Source: Candidatus Heimdallarchaeota archaeon (GTDB lineage: Archaea > Asgardarchaeota > Heimdallarchaeia > Heimdallarchaeales > Heimdallarchaeaceae). Taken from it: DNA of 34,412 bases. The notes under the pieces were generated by a model, which worked only from the letters and a program-made list of their open reading frames with translations, made no database searches and was not told the origin of the DNA. The first letter of the stretch is position 1. Every line of letters begins with the position of its first letter. Positions 9,036-18,322 of the stretch are shown here, piece after piece. Where the stretch lies: the NCBI GenBank assembly GCA_021399345.1, contig JAAFKI010000123.1, forward strand, positions 1-34,412, read 5' to 3'. The position numbers and the translations under genes were made by a program.

Positions 9036-9341
9036 TTAATTACTTAGACACTCCCACGAATCTACCAGAAGCTGATATTCTTGATATGTATCATCCTTAA
9101 TTTTTTGTGGTCTCTTGGAGCTTCCTTTAGTAAGAATTATTTCTCCATTGATTTTCATTTTTCCTCTGCATGTAATTGGTTCTCGAGAATAAATTACGAT
9201 TTGTTCTCCGTTATCTAAATCAAAATAATTTATATGATTCCTATCACTAATGAATTTAATTAGATGCTGCCACGGGATTTTTGATATATTCCCCGTTAGA
9301 GTTATTTTTTCTCCAACAGATTCAGTAAAATTATATCTCAA
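9036..9341 (-). CDS. Small hypothetical protein, beta-rich (OB-fold-like)
   Basis: 101 aa, TTG start; pattern GEKITLTG...YFD...QIVIY...KINGEI...YQLLVDSW suggests a five-strand barrel; 23 nt upstream of the HEAT gene. Confidence 0.65.
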   Translation of the reverse strand: MRYNFTESVGEKITLTGNISKIPWQHLIKFISDRNHINYFDLDNGEQIVIYSREPITCRGKMKINGEIILTKGSSKRPQKIKDDTYQEYQLLVDSWECLSN

Positions 9342-9447
9342 TGAGTATCAACTTCTGTGTTTAGGTTAATAATTGGAAGTATTTTTATTTTTCCTTAAGA
9401 AAAAACAATTATAGCTCTTTGAACATATGTAATAGGAGGTTGTTCGA

Positions 9448-12400
9448 ATGGTGAAATCCAATAAAGCTGAAAAAAGTGAATTTTCACCTGATGTAATCAG
9501 AGTATTGCATATTGATGACGAAGAAGATTTTCTCTTCTTAACAAAGGAATTTGTTGAAAAAATGAGTGAAGGAGAGATACAAGTAGAATCTTTAAGGAAT
9601 CCCATGGAGGTTTTTGAGAGAATAAAAGATAATAATATTGACATTATAGTATGCGATTATCTGATGGAGGATCTGAATGGACTAGATCTGTTGAAACAGA
9701 TAAAACAAAGAGAGGTTCAAATACCTTTCATAATCTTTACAGGTAGAGGAAGAGAAGAAGTTGTAATTGATGCCCTTAACCTCGGAGCAGATTATTACAT
9801 TAGAAAAGGTTTAGATGCAAGAAGTCAATATACTGAACTTGTACATCAAATTCGTACAGTTTTTAGACATAAGAAAGCCGAACAAGCTCTAACTGAAAGT
9901 GAAAAAACTATAACAAGAGAAAGGGACCTTACTCAACATTATCTGAATGAAACAAATGTTATGTTTGTTATCGTAAATGAGAATGAGATTGTTGAATTAA
10001 TGAACAAAGAAGTAACCTATGTATTAGGCTATACTGAGAAGGATTTAATAGGTAAAAACTGGTTTACAACAGCTTATTCTTCAGAATACGTAGATGAATT
10101 AAGGTTCAGTTTTCAACAAGTTATTGTGGGTATGCAAAAACCAACGCCATATTTTGAGATTGAAATGGAAACAAAAAATGGAGATAAAAGAATAATTGCT
10201 TGGCGTAATACAACCATAAGAGATGAAAATGATAAAGTAATCAAAATGCTGGGAGTAGGAGATGATATTACTCAAAGGAAGGAAATAGAAGCAGCTTTGC
10301 AACAAAGTGAAGAGAAGTATCGAAAGTTAGTGGATACATCCCCTGATTCTATTGTTCTTGCAGATTTAAAAGGTATTATTACATTAGCTAATCAACAAGC
10401 TGCAATCATGCACGGAGTAGACAAACCTGAAGAATTAATTGGATGCTCAATGCTGGATTTTACTTCTCCTGAAGATCATGACAAAGTAATGAAGGGAATA
10501 AGAAAACAAACGTTTTCAACCCAAAAGGGATCTGTTGAATATAAAATGCTAAAAAAGAATGGTGAAAGTTTTCCAGTTGAACTTAATGCTGTAGTCATTA
10601 CTGACAAATCAAATAAACCAATAGCAATGATGGCCATAGGCAGGGATTTAACTCAAAGGATAAAAGCTGAAGAAGCCCTAAAAGAAAGCGAAGAAAAATA
10701 TCGAGGTTTTGTTCAGAACTTTGATGGGATAGCTTTTAGAGGTTCAATTAATTTCAAACCATTCTTTTTCCATGGAGCAGTCGAAAAAATAACTGGTTAT
10801 ATTGAAGAGGATTTTGTTTCAGGAGGACTAAGTTGGGACAAGCTAGTACTAGAAGAAGATATGGAACTATTACTAGCAATTAATGAAGATTTAGAAAATA
10901 TTCCAGGATTTAGTAATGTTATGGAGTACAGGATACGAAACAAAAATGGTGAAATCAGATGGATAAGACAACATCTCCAAAACATAGCTTCGAAGGAAGG
11001 AGACCCATTTATTGTTCAAGGTAGCTTGTATGATATAACAGAAAGAAAACTGATAGAAGAAAAACATAAAAAATCTGAAAAACTTTATAAAATTACTTTT
11101 GAAAGCACTGGAACGGCAAATTTGATTGCTAAAAGTGATAAAACTATAAGTCTAGTTAATTCGAGATTTGAAGAATTGACTGGTCTAAAGAAAACTGAAA
11201 TAGAAAACAAAATGAAATGGTCAGATTTTCTTTCAGAAGAAGAAACGACAAGATTTGAAAAACTTCAAGAATTACACTATCAAGACCCTACTCTAGCTCA
11301 AGATCATTTTGAAACTAACATAATTCTAAGAGATGGAACTAGCTTAAATGTATATCTAACAATAAAAACTATTCCAGAGAGTACGGATTTCATTGTAACT
11401 CTTATTGATATTTCACAAATGAAACTAGCGGAAGAACAACTCAAAGAATCTGAATCTCTTTACAGAACACTTTTCGAAGCTACAGGTGCAGCAAATGCTA
11501 TCGCTAGAGCAGACTCTATAGTAGAAAAAATGAATGATCGTTTAGAGGAAATGTCTGGTTATTCTAAAGAGGAAGTTGAAGGAAAACTTCCATGGCACAC
11601 TTTTGTTGATGAATCAGAATTAGAGAGGTTGATGGAATATAATAGAAGAAGAATGATAGACCCTACTAGTGTTCCAACAAGTTATGAAGCTAGGCTTAAG
11701 GATAAAAAAGGAAATATCGTTCCTTGTTTGATTCATGTTGGAGTAATTCCTAGTACTGAGAAATTTATAATTTCATTGATTGACATTTCAGAGACTAAAG
11801 AAGCAGAAAACGAATTATTGAAATCTGCTGAATTATACAAAACCATATTCGAAGCTACTGGAACTGCAAATATGATTGTAGGATCCGGTAGAGTCATAAA
11901 ACAAGTTAACTCTAAACTTGAAGAAGTTTCAGGATATATGAGGGATGATTTAATTGGTAGGAATTGGAGTGAGTTTGCACCAGAGACTGAAATGGATAAT
12001 TTGCTCGAATTTAGTAGAACTAGAAAAACAGACACTAGTAAAATACCCGCATTTTATGAAACAAAATTTGTTAACCGAAAAGGTGATGTTAGAAACGCCA
12101 TTGTTACCTTAACGTCCATTCCACTTTCAGAGGATTACATAGTATCTTTGTTTGATGTTACTGATATGAAACTGGCTGAGGAAGAATTAAAGAGGTCGGA
12201 AATTTTGTACAAAAATTTGTTTGAAAGCACTGGTATGGCTAATATCATTTATGACTTGGAAGCAAATATTGTTCTAGTTAATTCAAGAATGGAAAATCTA
12301 TCAGGTTATTCAAGCAAAGAATTAGAAGGACGAAAATGGATAGATTTTATTCCACAACCTGAGCTTAATCTAATGTTAGAGTATAACAGAAAGAGGATGC

Positions 12401-13209
12401 TACAACCTGAAAGTGTACCAAATCAATATGAAACACGCATGATAACAAAGGAAGGAACGCCAAAAAACATAATAATCACTGTTAACCCATTGCCTAATTC
12501 AACAAATTCTCTAGCCTCAGTTGTGGATATTTCTGAAAGAAGAAAAGTTGTAGATACTCTTACTAGACAGAAGAAAGAGCTTAGTAATTTTGTTCACTTG
12601 ATGGGTCACGATATAAGGAACTGCCTTTCATCAATTGAGGGATATGCAGATTTACTTGAAGAAAATGAGCAAGAAAAAGAATTTGTGTTAAAAAAGATAA
12701 ATAATCAAACTGAGTACCTCCGAAAACTCTTAAACAGGTCTATTGAACTTGCAGATGCAGGACAAACTGTAGAGAAATCTGAAAAAGTAAATCTGAATAA
12801 ACTTGTAGATACCATAGGAGCAATAACAATTCCGCAAAACATTAAACTCAACCATGATCCGCTTGTAGCTGTCAAAGCAGATAAAGAGAAACTATCACAG
12901 ATTTTCAAAAACCTATTCGAAAATGCTGTTATTCATGGAAAACCAAGTCAAATATCTGTGACAAGTAGATTGTTAGATAATGAAATAGTTTTAACTATAG
13001 AGAATGATGGTTTACAAATAGAAACTAAAACTGTGGAAGAAGCTTTTGAATCAATATTCACAACAAAAGAAAAAGAGTCGATTCATGGTTTAACAATTGT
13101 CAAGAAGCTAGTAGATGCTCACGGATGGAAAATAGGATTATCTGATAAGAAAGAAAGAGCATGTTTTGAAATACTAATTCCAAAAGAAGATATTACAGAA
13201 ATCTTCTGA
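9448..13209 (+). CDS. REC - 7x PAS - histidine kinase-like sensor
   Basis: AGGAGG SD; receiver domain (HIDDE, VCDY, FTGRG, IRKG); seven PAS/PAC units each ending D[IVL][TS]; H-box MGHDIRN; N-box LFENAVIHG. Confidence 0.93.
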   Translation: MVKSNKAEKSEFSPDVIRVLHIDDEEDFLFLTKEFVEKMSEGEIQVESLRNPMEVFERIKDNNIDIIVCDYLMEDLNGLDLLKQIKQREVQIPFIIFTGRGREEVVIDALNLGADYYIRKGLDARSQYTELVHQIRTVFRHKKAEQALTESEKTITRERDLTQHYLNETNVMFVIVNENEIVELMNKEVTYVLGYTEKDLIGKNWFTTAYSSEYVDELRFSFQQVIVGMQKPTPYFEIEMETKNGDKRIIAWRNTTIRDENDKVIKMLGVGDDITQRKEIEAALQQSEEKYRKLVDTSPDSIVLADLKGIITLANQQAAIMHGVDKPEELIGCSMLDFTSPEDHDKVMKGIRKQTFSTQKGSVEYKMLKKNGESFPVELNAVVITDKSNKPIAMMAIGRDLTQRIKAEEALKESEEKYRGFVQNFDGIAFRGSINFKPFFFHGAVEKITGYIEEDFVSGGLSWDKLVLEEDMELLLAINEDLENIPGFSNVMEYRIRNKNGEIRWIRQHLQNIASKEGDPFIVQGSLYDITERKLIEEKHKKSEKLYKITFESTGTANLIAKSDKTISLVNSRFEELTGLKKTEIENKMKWSDFLSEEETTRFEKLQELHYQDPTLAQDHFETNIILRDGTSLNVYLTIKTIPESTDFIVTLIDISQMKLAEEQLKESESLYRTLFEATGAANAIARADSIVEKMNDRLEEMSGYSKEEVEGKLPWHTFVDESELERLMEYNRRRMIDPTSVPTSYEARLKDKKGNIVPCLIHVGVIPSTEKFIISLIDISETKEAENELLKSAELYKTIFEATGTANMIVGSGRVIKQVNSKLEEVSGYMRDDLIGRNWSEFAPETEMDNLLEFSRTRKTDTSKIPAFYETKFVNRKGDVRNAIVTLTSIPLSEDYIVSLFDVTDMKLAEEELKRSEILYKNLFESTGMANIIYDLEANIVLVNSRMENLSGYSSKELEGRKWIDFIPQPELNLMLEYNRKRMLQPESVPNQYETRMITKEGTPKNIIITVNPLPNSTNSLASVVDISERRKVVDTLTRQKKELSNFVHLMGHDIRNCLSSIEGYADLLEENEQEKEFVLKKINNQTEYLRKLLNRSIELADAGQTVEKSEKVNLNKLVDTIGAITIPQNIKLNHDPLVAVKADKEKLSQIFKNLFENAVIHGKPSQISVTSRLLDNEIVLTIENDGLQIETKTVEEAFESIFTTKEKESIHGLTIVKKLVDAHGWKIGLSDKKERACFEILIPKEDITEIF
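11074..12545 (+). repeat. Four tandem paralogous PAS modules (spacing 375/375/372 nt)
   Basis: Units start at 11074, 11449, 11824 and 12196 with S-x-x-LY-x-x-x-FE-[SA]-TG-x-AN. Confidence 0.85.
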
Positions 13210-13297
13210 TTTTCTTCAATCTCAGTTTCCTTTTAAAACCTCGCATGAAAATTCTATAGCTAGGTATCCTTTTAAGCTAGGATTTCTGTAGTAAGCT

Positions 13298-14221
13298 ATG
13301 ACCATACGAATTGTTACTGATAGCGCTTCAGACCTTTCATGGGATTTTGCAAGAGAAAATAATATCAAAATTGTGCCACTTTATATGATGGTACATGACG
13401 AAGTGCTCAAAGAAGATGAGAATTTCGATAGGGATAGTTACTACCAACTTTTCGAAGATGAAAAGGCTTTTCTTCACATACCTAAATTAAATTTGCATTC
13501 CTTTGTTCCTAGTACTTCTCAACCTAATCCTCAAGATTTTGAGATGGCATATCAAGAGCAGATTGACGAAGGTGCCAAAGAAATACTAGTAATTAATGTT
13601 ACAGCTGGATTATCAGGAACTACCAACAGTTCAAATTTAGCAGCTAAAAAGGTTATGAGAAAACAATCCGATGTCAAAATATACATTATTGATGCAAAGT
13701 CGGCATCTTATCCTGAAGTTATTTTAATAAGAATGGCACTAAATTTAATTAAACAGAAAAAATATACAGGAGAGCAAATTGCAGAGATTCTCAGAGAACA
13801 AGCAATAAAGATTCGTACAATTATTCTACTTCCAACAATAAGATATCTCTGGAAAGGTGGAAGACTAGGAAGATTTGGAACAGCTAAATTTGCACTAGGG
13901 TCTTTATTGAAAAAGAAACCCATAGTAACCATGAATGAAGAAGGATTCGTTGAAACTGCAGGATCTGCTACTGAAGTTGAAGATGGACTGATAGAGTCAT
14001 TAAGACTTAGTCTTGAGAACGCACCAAAAGAACCTAAAGCTTTTACTATCGTTTATGGTAGTAGGAAGGACTATGCTGAGAATCTTGCTGATCTAATAAA
14101 AGAGAAGTATCCTAAGATTGAAATTGAGATTGGTCAGAGTGGAGGTTCAGTTCTTTCGCATTTAGGACCTGAATCTATTGGATTGATAACTGATTACACA
14201 GATGATGATCACTGGAAATGA
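13298..14221 (+). CDS. DegV/FakB family fatty-acid-binding protein
   Basis: IVTDSASDL, PSTSQP, LSGT, LWKGGRLG, KPI, SHLGP; TTTAAG TATA box ~27 nt upstream. Confidence 0.93.
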   Translation: MTIRIVTDSASDLSWDFARENNIKIVPLYMMVHDEVLKEDENFDRDSYYQLFEDEKAFLHIPKLNLHSFVPSTSQPNPQDFEMAYQEQIDEGAKEILVINVTAGLSGTTNSSNLAAKKVMRKQSDVKIYIIDAKSASYPEVILIRMALNLIKQKKYTGEQIAEILREQAIKIRTIILLPTIRYLWKGGRLGRFGTAKFALGSLLKKKPIVTMNEEGFVETAGSATEVEDGLIESLRLSLENAPKEPKAFTIVYGSRKDYAENLADLIKEKYPKIEIEIGQSGGSVLSHLGPESIGLITDYTDDDHWK

Positions 14222-14322
14222 GTGAAAAACCATTCCACACGAAGTATAGGTAGGTCTTCTTGGAAAGGGTTCATTCCGAAAAGGAATCATCTAATAAGGT
14301 AGGATGGGGTTAAACATTTACT

Positions 14323-14841
14323 CTACCTTCTAACAAGGTCTAAATTCTCTTCTGCTTTCTTTTTCTTTGCATATTTCAAATAGTATCTTATTCCTAAAAT
14401 TAGAAAGCCAACTATGAACATGATTCCTAGTATTAGATAATCAGTTCTTGAAGACATAATATTGTACAATATCCCGTTTATCTGCGAAAATGGATAAAAG
14501 AACATTATCTCAGGATAAAGGATTGCATCAAAAAAAACATGAGAAAACAAACCTATAATGCCTGATATAAGAGACAGATAAATATTATATTTGTGGAGAT
14601 ATTTATCTAGTTTCAAAAATCTGTAGCATAACCAACTTATGACTGATGCAGGTATAAAGAAAACAATTACACCAAGAGTACTATGCATAATTCCATGCAT
14701 GCGCCCTATACCAGTAATAAGATAAAAAATCGGTTCAAGATCAATAATAACAGTTCCAATCAATAGTGCAATTGGATCCAAAAATGGCAATATACTAAAT
14801 AAAAAGATTCCAAAACCTAAATGCATTGGAGTAAAAGGCAT
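14323..14841 (-). CDS. Membrane-bound metal-dependent hydrolase-like protein (DUF4184/YdjM-like)
   Basis: MPFTPMH, DLEP, HGIMHS and SHVFFD motifs within several TM helices. Confidence 0.75.
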   Translation of the reverse strand: MPFTPMHLGFGIFLFSILPFLDPIALLIGTVIIDLEPIFYLITGIGRMHGIMHSTLGVIVFFIPASVISWLCYRFLKLDKYLHKYNIYLSLISGIIGLFSHVFFDAILYPEIMFFYPFSQINGILYNIMSSRTDYLILGIMFIVGFLILGIRYYLKYAKKKKAEENLDLVRR

Positions 14842-14876
14842 CTTGGTTTAATAGCTATAATCAACTTATATATCTT

Positions 14877-16190
14877 TTATCTAATCAAGCCGTTATATTT
14901 TCTTTTTCTGATTATAAAAACCACCACACAGCAATTTATTAATCCAGTAAAGATCAAAATACTGAAGCTTGTTTTCTCTGTAGGGATCTCAAGTAATGAA
15001 GTAAAATCATATTCAACATCATCTAAGCTAACACTTGTTCGGTTCAAGACAGTAATTACAGAAGATTCATTGTTGAACATTGGAGCTTCACAATGATAGA
15101 GAGTTGAAGCTGAAACATATTTTGCTTCATGATGATCATGACCATAAAGCATAACTTCAATTTTGTAACTAGCTCTTAGATTTGAAGCATGATTCTTGTA
15201 ATTCGAATGATAGAACAGTAGATTTGGTTTATCCTTTTCAACAGAAAGTATCTCATCAACACTAGCAAAATCAGTTGTACTTAGTCCTTCATTAGTACAA
15301 GTGAAACCAACGAATGACCAGTCTAGAAAATTAAAGTGCATATAATTCTCACCAAAGTAATTCCTCCAAACAACAATTGGATTATCAGGAAGAAGAGTTG
15401 ATTCATCCAAATCGTGATTTCCTCCAATAATGTAAATAGGTAAATCAAGTAAATCAAAAACCCATAAACTCAATTTCACCTGTACTTCAGCAGCTAAAGG
15501 TTTTCCAGTAATAGGATTAACATATTCTAAAGCTGGTGCTCCTTCTATTAAATCTCCAGTGAAGATTGCAAAATCTACATCAAGACTCTTTATTGAATCT
15601 ATATAGTTTAAGACTATATCAGTTGTATTCATTCCTGCATACGAAGGAATATGTGAATCAGAAATATGAAGAATTTTAAACGGATATGACTTCTCTGCTA
15701 CTATTTTAACTGAATTTGTTTGATAATCATCACCAATACTGCAATTCAATTGTAGATCGTATAATCCAGCAATATTCTCTGAAGGACTAACCTCAAAATA
15801 CCAAAGAGCATCAATCTCATTATATGTTGATTCTAAGATATCAAGAGTAATATTTGTTCCAGTTGAAACTAATGAAAACTCCCAATTAGTTGCATCTGAA
15901 GCAGCTTGAGCTATGATTGATATGTTTTGACTATAATCGATAATTGCAGGAAAACCTTTGTGGGGAGATTGAATTATTGAAAGAGGTCTAGCTACAAGGT
16001 GATATCGAGGAAAACTGGTTTCATTGAAATATTCTGTTGGAGAGGTAGCATTTATACTTGTTAGAACGGGATTATTGGTTGGGTTGTCTAGAAATATTAA
16101 ACCATCTATAGTTTGAGATTGAGACACAAATAAGCTTGAAAATACAATAATAAATGTTACTAAAAACCAAAGTCTAGATTTTGCTTGCAT
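14877..16190 (-). CDS. Secreted, C-terminally anchored calcineurin-like metallophosphoesterase
   Basis: N-terminal signal peptide; DSH, GDL, GNHD, H and GHDH motifs; C-terminal TM helix followed by RKRK. Confidence 0.88.
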   Translation of the reverse strand: MQAKSRLWFLVTFIIVFSSLFVSQSQTIDGLIFLDNPTNNPVLTSINATSPTEYFNETSFPRYHLVARPLSIIQSPHKGFPAIIDYSQNISIIAQAASDATNWEFSLVSTGTNITLDILESTYNEIDALWYFEVSPSENIAGLYDLQLNCSIGDDYQTNSVKIVAEKSYPFKILHISDSHIPSYAGMNTTDIVLNYIDSIKSLDVDFAIFTGDLIEGAPALEYVNPITGKPLAAEVQVKLSLWVFDLLDLPIYIIGGNHDLDESTLLPDNPIVVWRNYFGENYMHFNFLDWSFVGFTCTNEGLSTTDFASVDEILSVEKDKPNLLFYHSNYKNHASNLRASYKIEVMLYGHDHHEAKYVSASTLYHCEAPMFNNESSVITVLNRTSVSLDDVEYDFTSLLEIPTEKTSFSILIFTGLINCCVVVFIIRKRKYNGLIR

Positions 16191-16309
16191 TATTATTTCA
16201 TTATTCTAGATAGAAATAAACCTTACTGTGATTTGACAGGTTTATTGATAAAACACAAGATTTACAAATGAACCTAATAAAAAATTGATAAGATTAGGAA
16301 GAATATCTA

Positions 16310-17254
16310 ATGAGCAAAAAGAAAAAAGAGAAATGGACTAAAGAAAATATTCCAGACCTAAAGGGTAAAACAATTATTATTACAGGGGCCAACAGTGGCT
16401 TAGGCTTAGAAATCACTAGAGTTCTTTCATATAAGAACCCAACAATAATCATGGCGTGTCGTAATCTAGAAAAAGCTGAAAATGCAAAAAAGAGTATTTT
16501 GGAAAAAAATCCAAAGGCACAGCTCGATATCATACAGATTAATTTATCAAAATTATCATCAGTTAAGAATTTTGCCAAAAAATTTACTGAAAAATACAGT
16601 AAGTTAGATATTCTCTTCAATAATGCAGGAGTAATGTTTGCTTCAAAAAAGATTACAGAAGATGGTTTGGAACTACATATGGCAGCCAACCATTATGGTC
16701 ATTTTGTTTTAACAGGTCTATTACTAAATCAACTTTCTGAATCTGAAAATGCAAGAATTGTTTCTATAAGCAGTATGGGTCACAGGTTCGGTAAAATCAA
16801 TTTTAAAGATTTGAATTACGATAAGAGGTACAACAAAACTGTAGCATACAGTAATAGTAAAATTGCTAATTTGTATTTCGCTTATGAACTCAATAGAAAA
16901 TTGAAAGAAACAAATAGTTCAGTAATCAGTATTGCAGCTCATCCAGGTTGGACAAGGACAAATTTACAAACAGCAGGAGGGCAAATTGATGATTCCAAAG
17001 GTCAAATAAGATTTTGGAATTTCATGAATAAGTTTATGTCTCAGAATGTTGAAATGGGTGTTTTACCTCAATTACGTGCAGCTTTTGACCCCGATGCAAA
17101 AGGTGGAGAATATTTCAGTCCAGAAAAATTTCTACACTTACGAGGTTATCCAATTATCAAACCATCAAATAAAAGATCAAGAAACACTAAAATAGCAAAA
17201 CAATTCTGGGAAATATCTGAAAAATTAACAGGATATTCTTATGAAATATCCTAA
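16310..17254 (+). CDS. Short-chain dehydrogenase/reductase (retinol-dehydrogenase/WWOX-like subgroup)
   Basis: TGANSGLG, ACRN, NNAG, NHYGHF, YSNSK (YxxxK), AHPG. Confidence 0.93.
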   Translation: MSKKKKEKWTKENIPDLKGKTIIITGANSGLGLEITRVLSYKNPTIIMACRNLEKAENAKKSILEKNPKAQLDIIQINLSKLSSVKNFAKKFTEKYSKLDILFNNAGVMFASKKITEDGLELHMAANHYGHFVLTGLLLNQLSESENARIVSISSMGHRFGKINFKDLNYDKRYNKTVAYSNSKIANLYFAYELNRKLKETNSSVISIAAHPGWTRTNLQTAGGQIDDSKGQIRFWNFMNKFMSQNVEMGVLPQLRAAFDPDAKGGEYFSPEKFLHLRGYPIIKPSNKRSRNTKIAKQFWEISEKLTGYSYEIS

Positions 17255-17314
17255 TTGTTTTATTATAACGGATCTTCAGGAAGCTTTCCAAAACTTGCAC
17301 ACAGGTCCAAGAGC

Positions 17315-17332
17315 AAGAAAAAAAGAAAAAAA
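17315..17332 (-). terminator. T-tract terminator for the GNAT-like gene
   Basis: Minus strand reads TTTTTTTCTTTTTTTCTT about 20 nt after the stop at 17352. Confidence 0.55.
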
Positions 17333-17351
17333 GTAATAACCAATCTTTGAG

Positions 17352-18245
17352 TTATAATTTCTTTGTAAGTATATCGTAAGAAGCTGATTTCTCAAATCCA
17401 GCGGCCATGAAATCTTCTGCTTCTTCTTTCTCAACAGGTGTTTCAGGATTAAGATAAACAGCTACTTGTTTGAATCCTGCTTCATTAATTTTAGTTAAAA
17501 GATCAGAGATAATGTGTTTTTTGAGTTCAGAGCTTTTACCAATTAGGAGTGAAATTGTTGCAATTCCCTCATTTTGAGTTGAAGTTGCTGCTCCATATGC
17601 TAAAATCTCACTATCTTTCTTAATTACTCTATAACCAAGTAGATTTTCATTTTCTGCTATTCTATTGACATAGTTTTCTAAATTATCTCCAGTGAGATTT
17701 GGATAAGTTTCACCAAGCTGTTTTTTCACTTGTTCTACATCAGTCTCATAGTTATAATCAGCAATAGAATTATCTGTTTCAAAGTTTTTAACATTAGATG
17801 GGTCACAAAGGTAAATTTCAGTAACTGTTCTAGTTTTGGAAAATCCTAGTTTTTCTGCTATTTCATAGTAATTATCATTAAGTATAGTTTGGGGAGTTTC
17901 TATTTCTGCAACTTCCTTTTGTTTAAGAACCTCAACTAGTTGGTCAAACAACAAGTTAAATGCTCCCTCATGTCCTGGAAGAACAAAAGCTAAACGAGTC
18001 TGAGCTCTTTTGATTTTTTCTTCCTCAACATCAACAATATTTGCCCCAATGTAACCAACCATTTCGTCTCCTTTGAAACAATATAATCTTGTTTCAGGAT
18101 CGAATGTTTCTCTAGAATAAACTTCCTTTACTTGTTCAACTGAAGATTGGCCATAAGCAATCCATTTTTGAGCAAAGTGATTACCGATTTCTACTTGCTT
18201 TTCTATGAATGATTCATTATAAGGTTTAATTGTATAATCTGTCAT
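17352..18245 (-). CDS. Hypothetical protein, probable tandem GNAT fold
   Basis: Two similar halves (YTIKPY..RLYCFKGDEMVGY..LGF; SIADY..RVIKKDSEILAY..AGF); the acetyl-CoA motif looks degenerate (VLPGHEG). Confidence 0.65.
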   Translation of the reverse strand: MTDYTIKPYNESFIEKQVEIGNHFAQKWIAYGQSSVEQVKEVYSRETFDPETRLYCFKGDEMVGYIGANIVDVEEEKIKRAQTRLAFVLPGHEGAFNLLFDQLVEVLKQKEVAEIETPQTILNDNYYEIAEKLGFSKTRTVTEIYLCDPSNVKNFETDNSIADYNYETDVEQVKKQLGETYPNLTGDNLENYVNRIAENENLLGYRVIKKDSEILAYGAATSTQNEGIATISLLIGKSSELKKHIISDLLTKINEAGFKQVAVYLNPETPVEKEEAEDFMAAGFEKSASYDILTKKL

Positions 18246-18322
18246 AGCAAGCGATTCAGTTAAGACACTTATAATAGTTACCAGTTATTATAAAAAAAGC
18301 AAATTAGAATAACACTCACTTT

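Noticed and set aside
9366-12908. Short minus-strand ORFs within the large sensor kinase, and the other 60-130 aa nested ORFs across the window
   Set aside because: They overlap well-supported genes on the opposite strand or frame and have no recognisable motifs or initiation signals.
14200-14295. Possible C/D-box sRNA, K-turn or SECIS element (ATGATGA near the degV end; TGA...TGA around a hairpin on the minus strand)
   Set aside because: No CTGA D box at a suitable spacing, K-turn pairing is out of register, and no in-frame UGA selenoprotein candidate is nearby.
14218-14313. Pyrrolysine read-through of the TAG in the micro-ORF
   Set aside because: The product would be only 31 aa with no recognisable homology, and there are no pyl genes in the window.
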